Shown here: positions 41,204 to 50,291 of the stretch, piece by piece
Numbering within the stretch: the stretch's first letter is position 1
Layout: each line of letters begins with the position of its first letter
Assembly (NCBI RefSeq): GCF_000315625.1
Contig: NW_005434661.1
Span: forward strand, 1-64,000
DNA length: 64,000 nt
Origin: Guillardia theta CCMP2712
Lineage: Eukaryota > Protista > Cryptophyta
Direction: 5' to 3'
The notes under the pieces: generated by a model
The model's input: only the letters and a program-made list of their open reading frames with translations
Told to the model about the DNA's origin: nothing
The model's database searches: none
Made by a program: the position numbers and the translations under genes

Positions 41204-41737
41204 TCAAAGGAGCGAGTCACCGATGTCGAGAATTAGGGGCATCATCATCATCTCAACCTTGAGGCTTGTTCTCACGTCATTGAACATGCTATAGACAGTC
41301 TGAAGCTCCGCGTAACAAAGGAAGATTGGTACTCCGCACTGGGCTAGTAAGATGTTAGCCTCCTTGGCCAGCTGCCATTGCTTAGCAATATGAGTGGCGA
41401 TGTCGACGAAGACCGCCTTGTCTCCTGCGACTATCAAGCCCATCGCCACCAGCCTGGTGTTGCTGCTTTCAGCCTGGTCCGGTGGCCACATTTGTTGCCT
41501 GAGCGACAAAGCAGTTTCAAGTTGCCAGAGCTTCAGTACAATCCTAAAGGTACATTGAGTGATTTCAAAATGTACAAGATCATTTTCCATCAGAACAAGA
41601 CGCTCTAGCTGCTTTCTGGCATCCTCGTCCTCCTCTCTACCGTATGTATCTAAGGCAATGACGAGCGAACCGTACGTTGCTTCTTCCGAAGAATCGTCAA
41701 GGTCCAGCGCGCATTGCAAAATTTCTCTCAAATTCAT
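41204..41737 (-). CDS. hypothetical protein
   Basis: 177-aa ATG-initiated ORF with protein-like composition. Confidence 0.5.
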   Translation of the reverse strand: MNLREILQCALDLDDSSEEATYGSLVIALDTYGREEDEDARKQLERLVLMENDLVHFEITQCTFRIVLKLWQLETALSLRQQMWPPDQAESSNTRLVAMGLIVAGDKAVFVDIATHIAKQWQLAKEANILLAQCGVPIFLCYAELQTVYSMFNDVRTSLKVEMMMMPLILDIGDSLL

Positions 41738-42439
41738 GATTGGGGTAATAGGTAAGATTCGAAAATAGAGGTCGAACTAAACGTCGCAGTTTATGTTGTA
41801 CGTTTTGCTTCCTTCAGAAATCCCTTTGAGTTGACTCGATCTCCCCGCGACGAAAATGTTGTTGTATGCACTGCGATATGTACAAGTATTGATATATGAA
41901 AGATCTTCTATCTTTGAAACCTCAACATCTCGACTGTGATAGGCGGAAGGTTGGTATTGACTTGACTTTCAAGGCTGTTACGAGACTTGTTTTGATTCAG
42001 CTTGCGGATGATTTTCCCTGCCGCACTCCCATGCTTCGACCTTTTGGCCATGGCGAACGTAGAAGCCTGAGACAGCAGCGCGTTTCTCAGGGTAGGATCT
42101 CTTTCTTTTCCTGGTAGGATCTAGCTTTCCATTTTGGTAGCAAAAATACCGGTACTATCACCTACGCCAGTGTCACAGGATGGGGTCGGTGGTCTACCTG
42201 CCGCAGTCTATAATAGATAAACGCCACGAATCTATCTACCACGGGTACTCTCCCTCATGATGTGACATGATGTGACGGAATATGTGAATACCCTTCTGAA
42301 CGACGAACTAAGTTTTCGCACAGAACTGCCGTCGTATGATTGAGAGCCGCGACTCTCCGTCATACAACGGCAGTTGTTTTTTTTTGCCAAATTGTCTTCG
42401 GATGTTGTTGGAGCCTTACATGAATCCTACCAAATGATG

Positions 42440-42589
42440 CCAGTCAGTCACTTCAATGATCACATGTCGTAAACATCGGATCATAATGGAGGCAGGCACC
42501 GGGCAGGCAGGCAGGCAGGGAATTAGGCATCGAGTCCCGAGGGACGCAGTCTGGGTAGGGAGGGGGCGACAACAATCATTGAATTCACC
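42440..42589 (-). ncRNA. candidate Fanzor omegaRNA scaffold
   Basis: Lies directly 3' of the Fanzor stop; long-range stem TTCAATGAT..TGTCG / CGACA..ATCATTGAA enclosing a GTCCC-TC-GGGAC hairpin; boundaries inferred. Confidence 0.45.
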
Positions 42590-43343
42590 TCAGGGGCGAC
42601 GTAGGTGATTCGGTCTTTCAGGAAACACATTGAAACAAGTGAGTATATTCAGTGCAGCATTCAAGTCCCTGGATTTGATCGGCTTTCCTTTACAGCTGTC
42701 ACGATAACAGTTAGATGAAAAGGTGAATTACAGGAGTATACAAAACTTGACATTACCTCGATGATCTGCAAAATTTCAATCCTCGTACTTCACTTTTCCT
42801 TGTTTTCAACCTACAGGTCTCGTCTGGTTCTTTCCCTGTATTTTCAATCCGTCGAAGCACATCGAGCTCAGAACCACAATCGTTACAGCACTTGGTAGTA
42901 CGGTATTCGTCAACATCTACGACTCTGTAGTGATTCTCGAATCTTCTTCTTATCCACCTGACCGGTACAGGCCTTTCTCCTCGACGTCCTGTAGACGGGA
43001 ACCTTGCATTTCCATATGCGATAACAGGTTCTATTTCTCCCTTTCCTTTCATTGTACGGATAAACCTGTCGACTGACTTTCGTTTCGAAATGTAGATGTC
43101 GAATTTCATCCTGGCGTATTTTCGCTTTGAATAATGCGAAGTTAACTCCTCCCAATGACTTGTAACTGCAAGAAGATAGTCTTCGAATCTTGATAGACTG
43201 CCGCCAGACTTACTCGAGAACCCCTTGAGATAGTGCAATGTCGATTGAATATCTTGATCCCACGTCTTTCTTTTCTTTTTATTGCGATTCAGATGTGACT
43301 CGTGATAATATTGTTTTCTCGAAAACTGAAATCTTTTTCTGAT
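42590..43343 (-). CDS. Fanzor1 (TnpB-like RNA-guided endonuclease), C-terminal part; two exons; 5' part lost in assembly gap
   Basis: Open frame from the gap: FSRKQYYHESH...IAYGNARF..G...PVP...VDEYRTTKCCNDC...VRGLKFCRSS; intron 42696-42756 (GTAATG...CTAAC...ACAG); exon 2 SCKGKPIKSRDLNAALNILTCF...RPNHLRRP*. Confidence 0.9.
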
Positions 43344-43444
43344 NNNNNNNNNNNNNNNNNNNNNNNNNNNNNNNNNNNNNNNNNNNNNNNNNNNNNNNNN
43401 NNNNNNNNNNNNNNNNNNNNNNNNNNNNNNNNNNNNNNNNNNNT

Positions 43445-43909
43445 AATGCTGCTAAGCATGCAAATAATGATTACGATTTTGATATTCATATTTATGGCAC
43501 TAAACTTGATACATTCCTTTATTCTTGTGAATGTGGTCTCCTTCTTACTCGACAGCTGCTTCATATTCATCAAAAAACTACTAAACATTCTTTCACACCA
43601 TGTCGTGACATCAAGGCTAAACCTTCACATGCGCATATCCCTAATCTCCATTTTGATCCAAAGGATCCACTCGTCTATGTTTATGATTCATTCATCTTTC
43701 AATGCCATTGTGGATTAATACTCAACACTCATTTAATGACTTTGCATCTTACAGTTTGTGATCATGAATTCGATCTTCTTGATGACATCTATAAACACAA
43801 ATCCGATGATCTTATTCCACAAGCGTGTATTGAATATGATGATAACTTATTTCAACAGTCTGATACTCCTCTACAAAAACAATTCATTGATTTAGAAATC
43901 CTTGATTAA
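43445..43909 (+). CDS. viral-type zinc-finger protein, partial (5' end in gap; absent from the ORF track)
   Basis: Stop-free frame with two CxCG-x8-H-x5-H motifs: SCECGLLLTRQLLHIHQKTTKH and QCHCGLILNTHLMTLHLTVCDH. Confidence 0.65.
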   Translation, partial: NAAKHANNDYDFDIHIYGTKLDTFLYSCECGLLLTRQLLHIHQKTTKHSFTPCRDIKAKPSHAHIPNLHFDPKDPLVYVYDSFIFQCHCGLILNTHLMTLHLTVCDHEFDLLDDIYKHKSDDLIPQACIEYDDNLFQQSDTPLQKQFIDLEILD

Positions 43910-44783
43910 TAATTTCATACTTTTTTTATATTTTTTTGTCCAATTATATGACTCTGTACGTAAAAACGATGATTCCTGCGTACAATACAACAATAAATCT
44001 ATTACACTACTAAAATTAAAATATATTCCTATTGCAGTACAATGCTAATAATATCCAAATTAAAACACTTGAAAACACAATGACAAAATTTCTATTAAGA
44101 TTATGTTCAATAAATATTAATTACCCATACAATAAATATTATTTCAATTAAAATAATATCCAATAAATATTAATTGCCTTATCAATGTAAATTAATGCTG
44201 CAGCGCGGTGCATAAATTGCACAATGTAAAACGGCGGTATAGCATGAGCAAAGCGAATGCTATGATGAGCGCGCAGTGCTCATCTATTCCATTGCAACTT
44301 GTGCTACACTTGTTATTCCTATTACACTCGCAAACCCTTGATTACAAGTATTCAGTCGTCCTGAACTGTATAATGGAGCGTATCATAACACAGAAATAAC
44401 AGAATAAACAGCGGTAACGCACGTAAGTGCGTGGGCCGAAGGCCTATCCCTGTTGAAACATGCTAACCATATATATTTCTTGATGATTTTGTGATTATTT
44501 TTCTTTTAAGTTAAATCTGAAATTTAGTAGTGTTAATATATATTTGTTAATTATACATTCCTCGACGGCGAGTGTCTTGCAATGATTCGATAAAAACCGC
44601 AGCAGTGCAATGCTAAAATTTAAAAGACCTCCATGAAATCAATCTGCTGGTACCAAATGGTTAAATCCATACCTTTAAACACAGACATAAATCCTTTAGT
44701 AAAAAATATAAAATCAAATTTGTATCAGATTTAAACTGTGTTCTCGTAACATTTACAGATTACAATCGCATTTTCATGACTGG

Positions 44784-44806
44784 ACGCTCAGCTTGCCGTA
44801 GGCAAC
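44784..44806 (+). mobile_element. 21-nt double-hairpin insertion, copy 1
   Basis: AC-gctcagcttgccgtaggca-AC. Confidence 0.65.
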
Positions 44807-45314
44807 AGAATTGCAATGAAACCACAAGCTTATTCTCTTATAATCTTGCAATTCCGTTGCAATTTTGTCCAGTTTAGCTCCTTTTGTCAAAAGGAGCAAA
44901 TAAAAGCAACATAGAGCTACTCGTAGCCACATAAAACCCCAAGCTTTTACATATATTTTTTCATATATCATTGGGCGACAACAATTAAATGGTTTAATTG
45001 TTTTTTCATTTCTTAATATATATGCCAACATCATGCTTTTTAATTGATTACATTCATTCTCTTTTTTTATTTTTATGCACTATACTGCTGATAATTATTG
45101 TACAATATTCAATATACTAACGAGCGTACCCACGGAGTGGCTTGAGCAAACATATTATATATTTGTTTTCCTATTGATTATATCAGCGCTCCCTATTTTT
45201 TGCATGCAAAACATAGAGGAGCAGCTTCGCTGGAAGCAGCCTTGGTCGCTTGCACTCGAAGAGCTGCGCCAACCTTTTGAATGTGTTAATGAACTCTTGA
45301 TTATAACAAAAATA

Positions 45315-45958
45315 AATTAGGACAAGAATTTTCATATTTCTGAAATTTTGCAAAATTGAAAAATAAATTTTCAACTTGAGAAAAATATTTTCCTGATTTT
45401 ACATTTTTTCCAGAAATTCAAAATTCTTGTCCTAATTCAATCATTATCTTAGATCATACACTATAGTACATATATATCTAATGTTATATGTGATGTACAT
45501 GATCTATGTATGTGCATTGGAACTCTTGATATCAAAAATAAATTAGGACAAGAATTTTCAAATTTCAGAAATTTTGCAAAATTGAAAAATAAATTTTCAA
45601 CTTGAGAAAAATATTTTCCTGATTTTACATTTTTTTTTGAAATTCTAAATTCTTGTCCTAATTCAATCATTATCTTAGATCATACACTATAGTACATATG
45701 TGCTATATACTATATACTATATACTATATACTATATACTATATATTGTGTATATGATGTATGTATGTATGTATGTATGTATGTATGTATGTATGTATGTA
45801 TGTATGTGCTATTGAACTCTTGATAATGTCAAAAATAAATTAGGACAAGAATTTTCAAATTTCAGAAATTTTGCAAAACTGGAAAATAAATTTTCAACTT
45901 GATAAAATATTTTCCTGATTTTACATATTTTTCAGAAATTCTAAATTCTTGTCCTAAT
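45315..45958 (+). repeat. array of three ~122-bp imperfect palindromes (left array)
   Basis: 45315-45437, 45541-45663, 45838-45958, each bounded by AATTAGGACAAGAATTT...AAATTCTTGTCCTAAT; spacers contain (TATAC)n/(TATG)n. Confidence 0.9.
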
Positions 45959-46865
45959 CTTAATTATTATCTAAGATCATACACTATAGTACATATGTAC
46001 TATATACTATATACTATATACTATATACTATATATTGTGTTATAATGTATGTATGTGNNNNNNNNNNNNNNNNNNNNNNNNNNNNNNNNNNNNNNNNNNN
46101 NNNNNNNNNNNNNNNNNNNNNNNNNNNNNNNNNNNNNNNNNNNNNNNNNNNNNNNNNNNNNNNNNNNNNNNNNNNNNNNNNNNNNNNNNNNNNNNNNNNN
46201 NNNNNNNNNNNNNNNNNNNNNNNNNNNNNNNNNNNNNNNNNNNNNNNNNNNNNNNNNNNNNNNNNNNNNNNNNNNNNNNNNNNNNNNNNNNNNNNNNNNN
46301 NNNNNNNNNNNNNNNNNNNNNNNNNNNNNNNNNNNNNNNNNNNNNNNNNNNNNNNNNNNNNNNNNNNNNNNNNNNNNNNNNNNNNNNNNNNNNNNNNNNN
46401 NNNNNNNNNNNNNNNNNNNNNNNNNNNNNNNNNNNNNNNNNNNNNNNNNNNNNNNNNNNNNNNNNNNNNNNNNNNNNNNNNNNNNNNNNNNNNNNNNNNN
46501 TCACATACACCGTAGTACATATATACTATATAGTATATAGTATATAGTATATAGGAAGAGATATGCAGTTGTCTATGTAAGTACTATGTATTGTGTATAT
46601 GATGCATGTATGTGATAATTGAACTCTTGATAATATCGAAGTGTCCTAATCTTAATTATTGGTTCACTATAGTACATATATATTAAATGTCACATGTGAT
46701 AAGGCAAAATTATATCAAATCTATATTAAAAAAACTATATTTGTAATCATTTGTTTTGTCTCTTTNNNNNNNNNNNNNNNNNNNNNNNNNNNNNNNNNNN
46801 NNNNNNNNNNNNNNNNNNNNNNNNNNNNNNNNNNNNNNNNNNNNNNNNNNNNNNNNNNNNNNNNN

Positions 46866-47509
46866 AATCATAACACTCATCTCTATATGCTAAACATAAA
46901 TTATGATTATCACATTTTTGAAAATATTGATACATATGATAAGAGTATCCTATGTCATTCAATTCATATATTAAAGATAAATCTTTTGATGCTTGCATAA
47001 CACCAAATGTTTTCGGATATGCATTCATTGAATAATCATCTATACTGAACATAGATACTATATCATATATTACATTATCTATTACATATGAATTATTGCA
47101 ATAAGGGCAATTATGTATATTAAAATCATATGATTTCAATATGCATGATTTATGGAACTTGTGGCCACATCCTAATATCAGTGAATTCTTTGGGGAAACA
47201 AAACCATTATAGGCGCAGCCAAGGCTGCTTCGCGGCCGCACAGATGGAACACTCATCCATGTATGGGTTGATATATGTCACCTTCTTAAGAAGCTTGTCA
47301 ATAAAGTATTGTTTTTTCTTTTTCCTTTTACTTGATAATGGTGATGGGGATGGTGTATCATATGAATTATATACCACTGATTTTTTTGAATATAGGTATC
47401 CACGTACTATATTCTGGCAATAATAACATTCACCACAGTCACATATTTCCTGAGAATGATCTGATGATAGATTGTCTGTTATTATATCTTCTAATGTCAA
47501 TGATTTCAT
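46866..47509 (-). pseudogene. RING-H2 finger (E3 ligase-like) gene frameshifted by a GC-rich insertion
   Basis: DECSIC in one frame and YNGF...GCGHKFHKSCI...CPYC in another; deleting 47212-47239 joins them. Confidence 0.75.
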
Positions 47510-47664
47510 TTGAGATTCGTTTCATATATTCGTTTCATTTTTAACACTATGAAACAATATATCCTAGATCATGACCATGTGACACTGTGCTTTTGCAAGA
47601 GACTATGTATAGAATATATGTATAGACATCTGATATATATTGTTCCTGTTGTGCTATATGGTAT

Positions 47665-48335
47665 ATTTAGGACGCTTCGCTTGCCGGAGGCAACAAGAAT
47701 TTTGATTTTTAGAAAAAAATGTAAAATCCGGAAAATAAATTTTCAACTTGAGAAAAATATTTTCCAGTTTTGCAAATTTTCACAGATTTCTAAATTCTTG
47801 TCCTAATTTATATTTTTGTACATATGGCAACTATTTATCATGTTTAATTCTTGATCATCACTATATACATGTCTATGTATAGAACATCTGATCTATATTG
47901 TTACTGTTGTGCTATATGGTATATTTAGGACAAGAATTTTGATTTTTAGAAAAAAATGTAAAATCAGGAAAATATTTTTCTCAAGTTGAAAATTTATTTT
48001 CCAGTTTTGCAAATTTTCACAGATTTCTAAATTCTTGTCCTAATTTATATTTTTGTACATATGGCAACTATTTATCATGGTTAGATTCTTTATCATTACT
48101 ATGGTGCTTGAGACTAGAGGCTACATACATAGACATACATAGACATACATATACATGTATAGACATACATAGAATATCTGATCTATATTGTTACTATTAT
48201 GCTATATGATATATTTAGGACAAGAATTTTGATTTTTAGAAAAAAATGTAAAATCCGGAAAATATTTTTCTCAAGTTGAAAATTTATTTTCCAGTTTTGC
48301 AAATTTTCACAGATTTCTAAATTCTTGTCCTAATT
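47665..48335 (-). repeat. array of three ~122-bp imperfect palindromes, inverted relative to the left array
   Basis: 47665-47808, 47923-48045, 48213-48335. Confidence 0.9.
47672..47694 (+). mobile_element. 21-nt double-hairpin insertion, copy 2
   Basis: TTAGG-AC-gcttcgcttgccggaggca-AC-AAGAAT versus the empty site TTAGGACAAGAAT in five sibling repeats. Confidence 0.8.
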
Positions 48336-48443
48336 TATATTTTTGTACATATGGCAACTATTTATCATGGTTAGATTCTTTATCATTACTGTGGTGCTTG
48401 AGACTAGAGGCTACATACTTTATATTGATTTTTTATTAAGATC

Positions 48444-49379
48444 ATGGAAAATCCTGCCACCTTCCAATTTAAATCTAATCTGCTCAAGGCGTCAAAGAGC
48501 AATGATTTCAAGGATGCCGTTGCCTACGGCAAGCGGAGCGTCAATGAATGGCGCATCATCAAAAACAAGATGATCAATGATGATCCAAACAAGACATACA
48601 AATGCATATGTCAGAGGAAAATCCAATACATTTCATTCATCTATAACATAGAAACGAAATTAACAATATTGGTTGGATCTACATGTTTGAAGAAATTCAA
48701 GATCAACAAAAACCACAACCAAGACAATCCCTATACAAAAATCATCATATCCAAACTGACCAAAGGAGAGTATGAGATCATAGACGACATAATAGAATAT
48801 AGTGATGACGTTGAGAAAGAATTGCAAAATTATTATGAGACTATAATCACCAACATTCTAACCAATCCTAGATTGAGCACTGAAGATGTTCATGATGGTC
48901 TATCTACTATCATTGAAGAGATTCTGTTCTTGAAGAATGAATACGGATTGTCATATCTAGATTCAATTCTTAATGAAGTTAAGGAATCAATTAAAAGAAT
49001 TGATTTGCAATTAGAGAGAGAGATTGAAACTAGATTAAGACTGCAGAAAATAGATGAAGAACAACTTATTCAACGATTGAAGAAAGAGGAAGAAGCAAGA
49101 AAATCCAAAGAGATTAATGACTTTAAAGATAGAATTAACAACATTAATTATTCTACAAGTCATATTCTTCAATCTTTAGAAAATATGCTACAAGAGATGC
49201 AAGGTAAATCATACTTAGAACACATCTCAATCAGAGTGAATAAGTTGATCAGAAGATGTCCTGCTTCTACTATCGCAAGGGGGACAGAACCCTCATATTT
49301 CAAGAAGAAGAGTTTATCAAAATCAATTAGTTTTTTTATTAGTTTTTATTACTTTTTTTCTTCCGCCCTCTCTTTCTAG
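48444..49379 (+). CDS. giant-virus-like hypothetical protein
   Basis: Intronless, 311 aa; DA(..)VNEW...CICQRKI..I.N......LVGSTCLKKF motif followed by coiled coil. Confidence 0.7.
   Translation: MENPATFQFKSNLLKASKSNDFKDAVAYGKRSVNEWRIIKNKMINDDPNKTYKCICQRKIQYISFIYNIETKLTILVGSTCLKKFKINKNHNQDNPYTKIIISKLTKGEYEIIDDIIEYSDDVEKELQNYYETIITNILTNPRLSTEDVHDGLSTIIEEILFLKNEYGLSYLDSILNEVKESIKRIDLQLEREIETRLRLQKIDEEQLIQRLKKEEEARKSKEINDFKDRINNINYSTSHILQSLENMLQEMQGKSYLEHISIRVNKLIRRCPASTIARGTEPSYFKKKSLSKSISFFISFYYFFSSALSF
48519..48541 (-). mobile_element. 21-nt double-hairpin insertion, copy 3 (in frame inside CDS)
   Basis: GT-tgcctacggcaagcggagc-GT, adding VAYGKRS. Confidence 0.7.
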
Positions 49380-50291
49380 CATGGAATCACACAAAATTAA
49401 TCTGGGATTAATTCCTTTAATTTTTGAATATTTTTTCTTCAACTCATAAAACAATTTATCAAACTCTTCATTTAATTTAACAAAATTAATTGGATTTTCT
49501 TTATTATTAGATGTTTTCTCATCATCATTGTAACCACTAAAACTTGGCACAAAATAATCAATATGTGGTTTAATCATGACAACTTCTATGTGCAGTTTAG
49601 TCAAGTTTAAACTATTCCATTTTTCGATAATTTTAACAGTTTTTTCTTTGGAGTCAGTGTGTATAGAAAATTCTAATGTATCATATTTTTTTAATTCCCA
49701 ATGTTCATTTTCATTGTCATAGTCCTTTCCATCTTTAAAAGAATATGGAAAAGCGTTTGTAAGTCTAAAAACACATGTGTCTTCATTTAAATTTAAATTA
49801 AAATCATTTAAATTTAATTTATAAATCTTGTCAACCAAAAAACAATCTTGACCATCAGAATACTTAACCTTGACTAAACATGTGATATTTCGCTTTTGAT
49901 CTTCTTGTAAATATTTTAATTGTTTATATTCATAAAACGCGTTTTCTTGTTCTTTTATTTGATTTTCATCATATTGATTTGTAATTTTAATGTCAGGCAA
50001 TGATTTCAGAGATTTTGGTATAGAAGGATCTGCTACATCATCAGGATTTGCTATATCATCAGGATCTGCTACATCACATGTTTTGCCTGTACAAAAAATT
50101 CTTGATAAAAAACCACCTCCTGCTTTCTTAATATTAGAAAGCGGGATGAATTCATTTTTTAATTTGATATATTTTTTGTTTTTCTTTGTATAAATAATCT
50201 TGCCATTGTATTTAGCTTCCGTTTTTATATAATCACTATGTTTATTAGTTTGTTTTTTATGTTTTGCAACAGGCACAATCAATCTATTCAT
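49323..50291 (-). CDS. giant-virus-like hypothetical protein
   Basis: Intronless, 322 aa; KYIKLKNEFIPLS and a GG + Lys-rich tail typical of Imitervirales-type ORFans. Confidence 0.65.
   Translation of the reverse strand: MNRLIVPVAKHKKQTNKHSDYIKTEAKYNGKIIYTKKNKKYIKLKNEFIPLSNIKKAGGGFLSRIFCTGKTCDVADPDDIANPDDVADPSIPKSLKSLPDIKITNQYDENQIKEQENAFYEYKQLKYLQEDQKRNITCLVKVKYSDGQDCFLVDKIYKLNLNDFNLNLNEDTCVFRLTNAFPYSFKDGKDYDNENEHWELKKYDTLEFSIHTDSKEKTVKIIEKWNSLNLTKLHIEVVMIKPHIDYFVPSFSGYNDDEKTSNNKENPINFVKLNEEFDKLFYELKKKYSKIKGINPRLILCDSMLEREGGRKKVIKTNKKTN

Noticed and set aside
46014-46547. ORFs spanning N runs (also at 43.3, 46.8 and 62.7 kb)
   Set aside because: Artefacts of assembly gaps
45315-48335. CRISPR-like repeat/spacer array near a Cas12-related nuclease
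   Set aside because: Repeats are ~122 bp, spacers are 100-175 bp and similar to each other, the two arrays are opposed, and there are no cas genes
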